From Steroidobacteraceae bacterium (lineage in GTDB: Bacteria; Pseudomonadota; Gammaproteobacteria; Steroidobacterales; Steroidobacteraceae), in assembly GCA_052326345.1 (NCBI GenBank), contig JBKQOZ010000063.1, positions 153,507-217,506 of the forward strand: DNA of 64,000 nt. Reading direction: 5' to 3'. Positions 27,818-36,232 of the stretch are shown one piece after another; within the stretch, counting starts at the first letter, position 1; each line of letters opens with the position of its first letter. The position numbers and the translations under genes were made by a program. The notes below the pieces were generated by a model. That model did not search any database. It was given only the letters and a program-made list of their open reading frames with translations, and had not been told where the DNA came from.

Positions 27818-29185
27818 TCACCATCGCCGCTTCGGCCGATCACGGTACGGGAACCACCAGGGTTTGCGCGCGATCACCTCGGCGACATGAAGCGCCTGTT
27901 CACCCGCCAGCGCGCGGCGGACACCGCGGTGGCGCATGCCGCCGAATGCCTGCGCACCGGTCGCCGGGTCGTTGATCCTGAAGGTGCCCGTCCTGTACGG
28001 CTCCACCGCCCGCAGTGCGCCCTGCACGTCGCTCGTGTAGATCGAGGCGACGAATACCGACCCTGGTTCACCGGCGGATGCACCGGCCAACCGCAGCGCT
28101 TCCGCGGCGTCGGCCACGGGCGTGACGGTGATCACCGGGCCCAGGATCTCCTCGCGGGTTGGGACGCCGCCCGGACGAACATTCGACAGGATCGTCGGCT
28201 GGAAAAAATAGCCCGGCAGGCCCGACGGCTTGAAGCGCCGGCCGCCGAGGATGAGCGTTGCGCCGCCGCGCAGCGAGCGCCCGACCTGGTCTTCCACGCG
28301 GTGCGCGGCCTCGAGGGAAATCAGCGGTCCCAAGTCCGTCGCCGATTTGATCGGATCGTCGACGTCGAGAAAACCCACGCAGTGATGCATGCGCTCCACG
28401 AACTCGTCGGCGATCGGGCGCTCGACGTAGATGTGATTGCCCGAAGTGCAGGCCTGACCCCCGTTGCAGAGTCGTGCCCAGGCGATGCCCGGCACGCTGG
28501 CGTCGAGGTCGGCGTCCCTGCAGACGATGAACGAGTCGACGCCGCCGAGCTCGAGGTCGACCCGTTTGTGCGCTGCCGCCGCCGCGATGCTGTGTCCGAC
28601 CTCGGCGGAACCTGTGAATCTCACCACGCCGACATCGGGATGATCGACGAGCGCGCGGCCGGTCGCCGGGCCGCCGGTAACGACGTTGAGCACGCCTGCG
28701 GGCAGCGAGTCGAAGAATTCGGCGAGCCGCAGGCTCGAGAGCGGGTTTTGGTGCGGCGGCTTGCAGACCACCGTCTGGCCCGCGGCAATCGCGGGCGCGA
28801 CCGTGCACGCCATCAGCAGCAGCGGAAAATTGAACGGCATGATCGCGGCGACGACGCCGGCGGGCTGCCCGCCCGGCGAGCCGGTGTCATGCGGGGCCTG
28901 CGCCGCACAGGCTTCGAACGCGGCGGCGGCCGCATCGATGCAATCGGCCGATTCGCACAGCGGCTTGCCCGTCTCGCGTGTCAGGAGGGTCGCCAGTTCG
29001 CCCTCGCGGTTGCGGATGCGGGCTCCGATCTCGCTGAGCAGTGCCGCCCGATCCGCCGCGGCCACGTTCCGCCATTCGGATTGCGCGGCGCGTGCCGTTG
29101 CGACGGCGCGCGCGACTTCGCCGGGCCGGCAGTCCGGCACCGTGCCGAGCGGTTCCAGCGTCGCCGGATTTAGAATCTCGAGCAT
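27818..29185 (-). CDS. Aldehyde dehydrogenase family protein
   Basis: Start is MLEILNPATLEPLG. Motifs include MPFNFPL, DLELGGVDS and NGGQACTSGNHI (catalytic Cys). It is 455 aa. Confidence 0.85.
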   Translation of the reverse strand: MLEILNPATLEPLGTVPDCRPGEVARAVATARAAQSEWRNVAAADRAALLSEIGARIRNREGELATLLTRETGKPLCESADCIDAAAAAFEACAAQAPHDTGSPGGQPAGVVAAIMPFNFPLLLMACTVAPAIAAGQTVVCKPPHQNPLSSLRLAEFFDSLPAGVLNVVTGGPATGRALVDHPDVGVVRFTGSAEVGHSIAAAAAHKRVDLELGGVDSFIVCRDADLDASVPGIAWARLCNGGQACTSGNHIYVERPIADEFVERMHHCVGFLDVDDPIKSATDLGPLISLEAAHRVEDQVGRSLRGGATLILGGRRFKPSGLPGYFFQPTILSNVRPGGVPTREEILGPVITVTPVADAAEALRLAGASAGEPGSVFVASIYTSDVQGALRAVEPYRTGTFRINDPATGAQAFGGMRHRGVRRALAGEQALHVAEVIARKPWWFPYRDRPKRRW

Positions 29186-29237
29186 GACTGGCGCTATGAT
29201 GCCCCGGCAATCCTCGCGGCTGCGAGCGTCACGGTTC

Positions 29238-29942
29238 ATGAACCATACCGACACCGGATTTTCGGCGACCTTCGATGCGCTTTGCCGGCGCGCGGATTCG
29301 CTTGGCCTGGCGGTCCGCGGCGCATTCCATCCCGAAGCCGGGGAATTCGACGAGTTGCTGCCGGCTGCGAGTGCCGGAACCATCGTTCTGTTGGGCTTTA
29401 CCGGCAGCGTGCAATGGGAACTTTTCGAGCGCTCCGCGGAGGCGCGCGACGGTTTGCAGAATCCGCTCGACCGCTGGTCCCGCCGGGTTGTCGGCGCGCT
29501 CGCACGTGAATTCGGGGCGCTGGACGTGTATCCGAACGCAGCGCCGGCACCGCTGCCGTTTCAGCGGTTCGCACTGCGCAGCGAGCCCGTGCATCAAAGT
29601 CCGATCGGGTTGCTGATCCATTCCAAGTGGGGCCTCTGGCACGCGTACCGCGGCGCGCTCGTGCTCGCTGCCCGCATCGAGTTGCCGGCCCTTGCGCCAT
29701 CCGTTCATCCGTGTGCGGGCTGTGCGGGCAAGCCTTGCTTGTCATCCTGTCCGGTGCAGGCGTTCCGCTCAGGTGCATTTGACGTCGAGTCCTGCGTCAG
29801 TCATGTGCTGAGTGCGGCGGGCACCGAATGCCGCGAGCTCGGCTGTCTCGCCCGGCGGGCATGTCCGGTGGGTGCCGAGTTCCGCTATGTCGAGGAGCAG
29901 GCGAGGTTCCACATGCAGGCGTTCCTGCGAACCTTCAACTGA
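29238..29942 (+). CDS. 4Fe-4S cluster domain protein (ferredoxin/QueG-like C-terminal region)
   Basis: Cys-rich motifs HPCAGCAGKPCLSSCP and ECRELGCLARRACPVG are present. The start is uncertain (ATG 29238 preferred over ATG 29184). Confidence 0.5.
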   Translation: MNHTDTGFSATFDALCRRADSLGLAVRGAFHPEAGEFDELLPAASAGTIVLLGFTGSVQWELFERSAEARDGLQNPLDRWSRRVVGALAREFGALDVYPNAAPAPLPFQRFALRSEPVHQSPIGLLIHSKWGLWHAYRGALVLAARIELPALAPSVHPCAGCAGKPCLSSCPVQAFRSGAFDVESCVSHVLSAAGTECRELGCLARRACPVGAEFRYVEEQARFHMQAFLRTFN

Positions 29943-31518
29943 TTGGCGCAGGCTCGCCGGCGGCGCGGGCCCGGGCGCCCCGGGTGTCTTCGGCGGCCCC
30001 GATGTGCCGGCCCGAGAGCCACAGCAGAAGCAGCGCCAGAGGCATGATCACTATCATGCTCAACATGCCCATGCGCAGCGAGCCCGTGATGGCCGCGACC
30101 TTGCCGGTACAGTAGGGGCCGAGCCCGAGTCCGAGAATCGATAGGGCAAGGAGGAAGATCGCCCCCGCGGTGCCGCGCATGCGCGGCAGCACGCAATCCT
30201 GTATGGCGGCGGCGGCCGGCCCCACCCACAGGTAGGCGACGCACAGCGTGATCGGATTGATGAGGTAGAAGACCCTCACGTCCTTGACGGCGAGCGCCGT
30301 GACCAGGAGCGGCGCCGGCAGTATGGCCGCCAGCATGCAGACGAATAGGCGTCCGCGCGGATCGCGCCGCTTCCATACATCGGCAAGATACCCGCCGGTC
30401 ACACAGCCTATCGCCGATGCGAATGCTCCCGGCACTCCGAGCATCAGCCCGGCGACGTCCGCGCGCACGCCAAAGGTACGCATGGCGTAGGGTGCCCCCC
30501 AGAAGCCCAGCGAATAGGAGACGAAGGCGATCGCACCGAAACCCAACAGCGCGAGCGCGATTGCGCGCGTGCCGATCAGCAGTGCGAAAGCCGGCCGGTC
30601 GGTCGCGTAGAGCATCTGCGTCCAGGAGGTCACCGCGTAAGCTCCGAACCCGATGGTGCCCCATTGCAACGTGTCGCCCGTGAGCCGCGCGAGACACGCC
30701 GCGGCGCCCGCGATCGCGCCGAGCAGCAGCAGGTTGCGCCGCAGGGCACCCGGAAATCGCGCGACGCTCCACAGCGTGACCGGCGGCAGGATCGACGCCA
30801 GTTCGAGAGCGAATGCGCGCCATGCGCCGGGCCGCACCACGGGCGAGGGCTGCCCCTCGGCGAATCCGCGCGCGGGCTCGCGCAGCGTGAGCACCCACAA
30901 GGCGAGCAGCAGGCCAGGCACGCCGACCGCCAGAAACGCCGCCTGCCAGCCGGCGAGGCCGAGCGGCGCCGTGCCGTGCGTGTAGTTTCGGCTCCACGCA
31001 TGGTCGATCCATCCGCCGATCGGCAGACTGAGACCGGCGCCGATATACAGGCCCGAGGTGTAAATGGCCAGCACGAGTGCGCGGCGCCGGACCGGAAAGT
31101 GGTCGGCGAGCAGCGAATACGCCGCCGGCGAGGCGCTCGCCTCGCCGATACCGACGCCGATGCGTGCGCTCGCCAGCTGCCCGTACGAACCGGCGAGCCC
31201 CGACAGGGCGGTCATGCCCGACCATACGGCGAGCCCCGCGGCAATCAGCCGGCCGCGGTACCAGCTGTCGGCCAGCCGACCGAGCGGAATGCCGAACAGC
31301 GCGTAGAAGACCGCGAATGCCGTGCCATAGAGGAACCCCACCTGCGCGTCACCGAGACGCAGATCGGCCTTGATGTCCTGCGCCAGTATGGAAAGAATGT
31401 TGCGATCGATGAAGTTGAGTACGTAGACGAGGAAGAGCACGCCGAGCACGTACCACGCATAGACGCCCTTCCCCTGCCGCAGCGATGGCGCAGCGGATCC
31501 TTCAGCCGGTGTTCTCAT
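29935..31518 (-). CDS. MFS transporter (spinster/AmpG-like subgroup)
   Basis: The N-terminus reads YAWYVLGVLFLVYVLNFIDRNILSILAQDIKADLRL.DAQVGFLYG.AFAVFYALFGIPLGRLAD. It is 527 aa, and its ATG overlaps the upstream hydrolase stop (ATGA). Confidence 0.8.
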   Translation of the reverse strand: MRTPAEGSAAPSLRQGKGVYAWYVLGVLFLVYVLNFIDRNILSILAQDIKADLRLGDAQVGFLYGTAFAVFYALFGIPLGRLADSWYRGRLIAAGLAVWSGMTALSGLAGSYGQLASARIGVGIGEASASPAAYSLLADHFPVRRRALVLAIYTSGLYIGAGLSLPIGGWIDHAWSRNYTHGTAPLGLAGWQAAFLAVGVPGLLLALWVLTLREPARGFAEGQPSPVVRPGAWRAFALELASILPPVTLWSVARFPGALRRNLLLLGAIAGAAACLARLTGDTLQWGTIGFGAYAVTSWTQMLYATDRPAFALLIGTRAIALALLGFGAIAFVSYSLGFWGAPYAMRTFGVRADVAGLMLGVPGAFASAIGCVTGGYLADVWKRRDPRGRLFVCMLAAILPAPLLVTALAVKDVRVFYLINPITLCVAYLWVGPAAAAIQDCVLPRMRGTAGAIFLLALSILGLGLGPYCTGKVAAITGSLRMGMLSMIVIMPLALLLLWLSGRHIGAAEDTRGARARAAGEPAPIS

Positions 31519-32540
31519 GTGCGCCAGACGGACGGTAGGTTCCTGCTGATCCAGCCTGCCAGCGCGCGGTTGACCGCCATGGGATCTTCCTGTGCCATCC
31601 AATGGCCGGTCCGGATCACGACTTCGGTCAAATGCGGGCAGCCGGCACGCATCGGTTCGGCAAGGCGCGAGGCGACCGTCTCGCACGTGTAATCGTATTC
31701 GCCGTGCAGAAACAGCACCGCCATGTCGAGCCGGCCATCGTTTACCGACGATTCGGCGTAGCCTGCGTTGGCTTCAGGGTTCATGTACCAGGAATCCGGC
31801 CCGGAGAATCCGTTGCGCGTGAGCGCCGCCGTGTAGGTGCAAAGCTCACTCTCAGTCAGCACATCGGTGTCGAGCGGCAGGTCGGGCGCGGCGGAACGGC
31901 CGCCGAACCACCCGCCGTCCCTGCGCACGAAGGCGGTGCGGGATGGCTTGCCTTTGCCGGCCGGATCGCCCTTGCGAAACAGCGCCTTGACGGTCGCTTC
32001 GACATTCGCCTCGAACGTCATGCGGGCTTTTTCAAAGTTCTCGCGGTAGAACAGCTGATACTCCCACTGTCCGGCGGGAAATTCGCCGGCGGGGTAAATC
32101 GAGCGGTCGATCAGCTCGGCAGCCGCACGCGGGCCGAATCCCTTGGGAAAATACGGCACGCACAGACTCGCGACGCCGTGGCAGCGGTCCGGATGATGAC
32201 TCGCGATGCTCCAGACGACGGGACTGCCCCAGTCATGCCCAACCCAGACCGCCTTTTCCCGACCCAGACTGTCCAGCAGTTCGATCATGTCGGCGGTGAT
32301 CTGCTCCAAGGTGTAATCCTCGCGCCGCGCATGAACGGTGGAGCGTCCGTAGCCGCGCATGTCGGGCGCAACGGCGCGAAAGCCGAGAGCCGCGAAGCAC
32401 GGCAACTGATGCCGCCAGCTGACCGACAGTTCCGGCCAGCCGTGCACGAATACGATCAGCGGCGCATCCGGCGCTCCGCACGCAAGGTAGAAACTCGTGT
32501 GCCGCGCGGTCTTCACAGCATGGTCCGTGACCGGAAACAT
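31515..32540 (-). CDS. Alpha/beta hydrolase, epoxide hydrolase-like
   Basis: It has HGWPE oxyanion-type motif VFVHGWPELSVSWRHQ, PDMRGYGRS and the nucleophile elbow GHDWGS. An AGGAG Shine-Dalgarno precedes ATG 32540. Confidence 0.85.
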   Translation of the reverse strand: MFPVTDHAVKTARHTSFYLACGAPDAPLIVFVHGWPELSVSWRHQLPCFAALGFRAVAPDMRGYGRSTVHARREDYTLEQITADMIELLDSLGREKAVWVGHDWGSPVVWSIASHHPDRCHGVASLCVPYFPKGFGPRAAAELIDRSIYPAGEFPAGQWEYQLFYRENFEKARMTFEANVEATVKALFRKGDPAGKGKPSRTAFVRRDGGWFGGRSAAPDLPLDTDVLTESELCTYTAALTRNGFSGPDSWYMNPEANAGYAESSVNDGRLDMAVLFLHGEYDYTCETVASRLAEPMRAGCPHLTEVVIRTGHWMAQEDPMAVNRALAGWISRNLPSVWRT

Positions 32541-32663
32541 AGCACCGCTCCTTAAGTGAATGGACCGCACCATACTCACACTGCACTCCGCTGCGCAATG
32601 ACCGCTGCATGCGCTGAAGCGATGCGCCGGCTGATATAGTCGGCGCAGCCAAAGAATCAGAGG

Positions 32664-34613
32664 GTGTTTCGCAGTGCTTCCATCATGATTAGTCGCGGCA
32701 CCCAGGCGCCCCGGCGCAGCGTCGCGGCATTGTCGATCGCAGCGGCGGGAATCGTCTACGGCGACATCGGCACTTCGCCGCTGTACGCCCTGGACCAGCT
32801 CTTCCTGAGGCACGGCGGTGTAGCTCTGAACCCGCAGAACGTGATCGGCGGCATTTCCCTCGTGATCTGGACGATCACGGTCATCGTCGCGATCAAGTAC
32901 GCCATCTTCGTGTTGCGGGCGCAGAATGACGGCGAGGGCGGCGTGTTCGCGCTTTACGGGCTGCTTCACGAACACAAGCGCCGCGGCATGGTGATTTTCC
33001 TGTGGTCGCTGATGCTCGGGGCGGGACTGCTTTTCGGCGACGGCATCATTACGCCCGCGATCAGCGTTCTGGCGGCCGTGGAAGGGCTTGGTGTCGCGGC
33101 GCCGGCGCTCGGCCGCGCCGTGATTCCCGTGACGGCGCTGCTGCTCACGGCGCTGTTCGCGGTGCAAGTCAAGGGCACCTCAGGAATCGGCAGAGTATTC
33201 GGACCGATTCTGACCGTCTGGTTCGTCGTGCTGGCCGTACTCGGCGCCCACCAAATCGCGCGTCACGTTGAGATTCTGCAGGCATTCAATCCGATCCACG
33301 GCCTCATATTTCTCGGCCACGTCGGGTTGTACCAGGCGCTCCTGGTGCTGGGCGCCTTGATGCTGGTGGTGACCGGCGGCGAGGCGATGTATGCCGACTT
33401 GGGGCACTTTGGGATGCTGCCGATCCGCATCAGCTGGTTCGCGCTGGTGTACCCGGCTCTGCTGCTCAACTACCTGGGTCAAGGCGCCTACCTGTTGAGC
33501 GGCGCGCCGATCGTCGGCGGCAAGATCTTCTACAGCCTCGTCCCGCCGGAGCTGCTCTATCCCATGATTTTGCTGGCGGCGGCTGCGACGATCATCGCAT
33601 CGCAGGCGCTCATTTCCGGCGCCTTCTCGCTCGCCTCGCAGGCAACGGGCCTGGGGCTGTTTCCGCGAATGAAGGAGCAGCACACCCATCACGCACACGC
33701 CGGCCAGATCTACATTCCGTTCGTCAACTGGGCGCTCTATGCCGGATGCATCGCCCTAGTCATCACGTTTGGATCGAGCTCCGCGCTGGGCGCGGCCTAT
33801 GGACTCGCGGTCTCAGGCGTGATGCTGATCACCTCGCTGGCGATGTTCCCGGTTTCCCGCCTGTGCTGGGGTTGGGGCCGCGTCGCGACCGGCGCTCTGT
33901 GGGGGACCCTGACGACGATCAATGGGTCCTTTCTCCTGGCGAGCTCGCTCAAGTTCCTGCAGGGCGGATTCGTTCCTTTGTCGATCGGGATTGCGGTGTT
34001 CCTGGTCATGGGGACATGGCGGTGGGGCCGCAAGGCGACGTTCGCCGCATATTCCAAAAAGCAGACCATGACCATTGCGGAGCTGATTCAACTGCATCGA
34101 CGCAGCCGGTTTTTCATGGAGCGAGCGGCGGTTCTGATGAGCCCCACGCCGCTGCATGACGCATCGGATCGCACCCCTGCGCTGCTGCAATTGCTGTGGG
34201 ACCGCTATGGGGTGCTGGCGCGGAACTTGATCTTCGTCCAAGTCACCCACCGCAAGGTCCCGTATATCCACGAGGACCGGTATGTGGTCACGGTGTTCGA
34301 TAAAGACAGAGACGGCGGCAGCATCATCGGCGTCGAGTTGAGCTTCGGCTTCATGGAAGAGCCCAATGTGGAGCAAGCGCTTGAGGGCATGGCGCGCCTG
34401 AGGGAGATCGACCTGCCGACCGACCGCCGGCAGTGGATCGTCCACGTGTCGCACGAGAATCTATTGCCGGCGCGGTCAATGGGCCTGATCCAGCGATTGC
34501 GCTTCCGGCTGTTCATGTTTCTGCGCCTGGTCTCGCGGCCCGCATTTTTCTATTACGGGCTGGGCGATGAGGTGCAGCTGTCGGCCGAGACACTGCCGGT
34601 TCGGGTGCGATGA
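32664..34613 (+). CDS. kup: KUP/HAK/KT family potassium transporter
   Basis: The signature YGDIGTSPLYAL is present, followed by GGEAMYADLGHFG, and the length (~649 aa) is typical. The start is GTG 32664 or ATG 32685. Confidence 0.9.
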   Translation: MFRSASIMISRGTQAPRRSVAALSIAAAGIVYGDIGTSPLYALDQLFLRHGGVALNPQNVIGGISLVIWTITVIVAIKYAIFVLRAQNDGEGGVFALYGLLHEHKRRGMVIFLWSLMLGAGLLFGDGIITPAISVLAAVEGLGVAAPALGRAVIPVTALLLTALFAVQVKGTSGIGRVFGPILTVWFVVLAVLGAHQIARHVEILQAFNPIHGLIFLGHVGLYQALLVLGALMLVVTGGEAMYADLGHFGMLPIRISWFALVYPALLLNYLGQGAYLLSGAPIVGGKIFYSLVPPELLYPMILLAAAATIIASQALISGAFSLASQATGLGLFPRMKEQHTHHAHAGQIYIPFVNWALYAGCIALVITFGSSSALGAAYGLAVSGVMLITSLAMFPVSRLCWGWGRVATGALWGTLTTINGSFLLASSLKFLQGGFVPLSIGIAVFLVMGTWRWGRKATFAAYSKKQTMTIAELIQLHRRSRFFMERAAVLMSPTPLHDASDRTPALLQLLWDRYGVLARNLIFVQVTHRKVPYIHEDRYVVTVFDKDRDGGSIIGVELSFGFMEEPNVEQALEGMARLREIDLPTDRRQWIVHVSHENLLPARSMGLIQRLRFRLFMFLRLVSRPAFFYYGLGDEVQLSAETLPVRVR

Positions 34614-34649
34614 CGGCCGACCAGCGGCGGAAGACGCGCTCATGATTTG

Positions 34650-34955
34650 CTAGCGCCGAAGAAACATCTCACCGAAGAGCTCGTACACCCTTTGTTTTGC
34701 ACCCTCGAGTGCGCGTCGGCCACTCGGCGTGATCCGGTACATCCGTCGAGCCGTGCGCCCGAGTCGTTGCTCGGTAGAGCGAAGATACCCCTTCTTCTCC
34801 AGTCCGTGCAGGATCGGGTACAGCGTGCCAGGGCTCAGTCGATATCCGTGCCGGGCGAGTGCCTCGATCATCGCGAACCCATAGAGCGGGCCTGCGGAAG
34901 CGTGATGCAGGAGATGCAGGCGAATCAGGCCGCCGTAGAAACCGCGGTCCGTCAT
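34650..34955 (-). CDS. PadR family transcriptional regulator
   Basis: The 101-aa protein has the winged-HTH signature YGFAMIEAL......LSPGTLYPILHGLEKKGYL......GR.RRMYRITP.G. Confidence 0.85.
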   Translation of the reverse strand: MTDRGFYGGLIRLHLLHHASAGPLYGFAMIEALARHGYRLSPGTLYPILHGLEKKGYLRSTEQRLGRTARRMYRITPSGRRALEGAKQRVYELFGEMFLRR

Positions 34956-34998
34956 TCGCCGGCCTCATCAATACAGTGGCGCGTGATCGGCTCAAAAC

Positions 34999-35026
34999 AC
35001 ATATATGAGAGACATATATCACATAT
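34999..35026. promoter_or_regulatory. AT-rich triple repeat (ACATATAT / ACATATAT / CACATAT) in the PadR divergent promoter; candidate operator
   Basis: Read directly: ACATATATGAGAGACATATATCACATAT. CATATATG is self-complementary. The site lies 44 nt upstream of the PadR start, in the lowest-GC stretch of the window. Confidence 0.35.
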
Positions 35027-35081
35027 TTGCGGGCGCCTTGCCCATGTCCATCGGCGGCGGGAACTTGCGCGGCATGTCGAA

Positions 35082-35103
35082 TTTCGATATTGTCATATCG
35101 AAA
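35082..35103. promoter_or_regulatory. Perfect 9-bp inverted repeat TTTCGATAT-tgtc-ATATCGAAA upstream of the small ORF
   Basis: Read directly. The arms are at 35082-35090 and 35095-35103, ending 32 nt upstream of ATG 35135. Confidence 0.4.
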
Positions 35104-35134
35104 CGCTTATCATTCTCATGAAAGGATGCACGTC

Positions 35135-35479
35135 ATGTCCCCTTACTCCAAGTACTACCAGACGCACCTGAGTCCTGCCGAAGAGGAGGTTCTCGAACAA
35201 GAAGATATCAAGAAGCTTGTCAGTGTCGTTGAGGAATCCTTAGAGCAGATAGCGAAGTTGACCAAACTGCCGGTGCAGGAAGTGTTGCACATCGTTGAAG
35301 AGGTCGATGTGGCGCAGCTCACCCACGCCACCCAAGAAGCGATCAAGAAAATTTCTCATGCAACCGACCTGCATAGGGCCGATATTGTTGCGATCTTCAA
35401 GGAAGATAGAAACGCAACCGTTGCTCATGTCGTTCAGCGACTTCGTGAGGAGAGCCACATCCACAGAGCCCGCATATAG
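35135..35479 (+). CDS. Small acidic hypothetical protein with an apparent internal two-fold repeat
   Basis: The 114-aa ORF has an AAAGGA Shine-Dalgarno about 8 nt upstream and markedly lower GC than its neighbours. The segments IAKLTKLPVQEVLHIVEE and ISHATDLHRADIVAIFKE align by eye. No family was recognised. Confidence 0.5.
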   Translation: MSPYSKYYQTHLSPAEEEVLEQEDIKKLVSVVEESLEQIAKLTKLPVQEVLHIVEEVDVAQLTHATQEAIKKISHATDLHRADIVAIFKEDRNATVAHVVQRLREESHIHRARI

Positions 35480-35504
35480 GAAACGGAAAAATAGGCGGCC
35501 TGGC

Positions 35505-35537
35505 CTGACGCCCGACAGGGATGATGTGAGGCGTCAG
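35505..35537. terminator. Hairpin between convergent genes (CTGACGCC...GGCGTCAG)
   Basis: It is an 8-bp perfect stem with a 17-nt loop and no clear U-run. The right arm overlaps the stop codon of the minus-strand HhH-GPD gene. Confidence 0.25.
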
Positions 35538-36208
35538 TTGTGGAGGAATGCGCAGCGTGTCGCCAGGGGGCACGAATGGCAGGCTGGCGCCGTCCGTTTG
35601 CACAGGATTTGTCCATGGTGCTGGAGAAGTTGATGCACCTCGAGCATCTTCCCGGCGTTTGCGCCGATACTCCGCTCGACGACGCGGCTGGCGGCATACA
35701 TGCGCGAGTACGACGGCTCCTCCTGGATGAAGCCAAGGCGCGCCAGCACTCGAAGCGCATTTGAATCCGGCGCGAGCAGGGTTTGCGCGCCGGCGAACAG
35801 CAGAATCTTCTCGGCGCCCGGCTCGCCGATTCCAGGAAAGCGACGAAGCGCCTTTTTAGCCGTTTGAATCGGCCCGAATACGACCGGCCCGAGGTTTGAG
35901 CCGAAGCTCTCGGCCGCTATCGTCGCGCACGTGCGCAGTTTGGCGGCGAACCTGGCCTTCAAGATTCCGTGTGCCGTCACGCGCTCGAGGGCGGCATCGG
36001 ACGCTGCCAGGATGTCTGCCGGCGACGTTCCCACCTCTTGTTTCAGCAACTGGAAGGCGGCGGCACGGCGCTCGGGTGGTGCGAGATACGCGACGTTTTC
36101 CAAGAGAATGAGCTCGAATGGATCCGTCGTCGGAATGGCAGGCAGGGCACCGTAGTGCGCACGCAAGGCGTCGGCGACCAAATCAATGTCGATGGGGAGA
36201 CCAGGCAT
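35534..36208 (-). CDS. HhH-GPD / endonuclease III domain protein with FeS-cluster loop
   Basis: The helix-hairpin-helix reads LRRFPGIGEPGAEKILLF, followed by Asp (APDSNALRVLARLG). The C-terminal segment is C-x6-C-x2-C-x5-C (CKRTAPACHSCPLATRC). Confidence 0.75.
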   Translation of the reverse strand: MPGLPIDIDLVADALRAHYGALPAIPTTDPFELILLENVAYLAPPERRAAAFQLLKQEVGTSPADILAASDAALERVTAHGILKARFAAKLRTCATIAAESFGSNLGPVVFGPIQTAKKALRRFPGIGEPGAEKILLFAGAQTLLAPDSNALRVLARLGFIQEEPSYSRMYAASRVVERSIGANAGKMLEVHQLLQHHGQILCKRTAPACHSCPLATRCAFLHN

Positions 36209-36232
36209 TGCTTCTGCAAAGAAAGCCGCGCG

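Noticed and set aside
29183-29186. Back-to-back divergent ATG starts sharing a CATG (ALDH on the minus strand, ferredoxin-like on the plus strand at 29184).
   Set aside because: This would leave no promoter space. The downstream ATG 29238 gives a more plausible start for the plus-strand gene, so the overlap is probably an ORF-calling artefact.
29935-29942. An 8-nt convergent overlap of the ferredoxin-like and MFS coding ends, considered as a regulatory antisense feature.
   Set aside because: Short 3'-3' overlaps are common in compact high-GC genomes, and there is no associated hairpin or conserved element.
32541-32663. A hairpin (TGCGCCG-N11-CGGCGCA, 32623-32647) in the kup leader as a possible K+/c-di-AMP riboswitch.
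   Set aside because: A single 7-bp hairpin is far too little for the ydaO-type element, and the leader is only ~120 nt. It is more likely incidental or a simple attenuator.
34650-35479. The PadR gene plus the small acidic ORF as a toxin-antitoxin or defence pair.
   Set aside because: The genes are divergent rather than co-transcribed. Neither resembles a known toxin fold by eye. No nuclease, kinase or NTPase partner is present apart from a conventional HhH-GPD repair-type protein.
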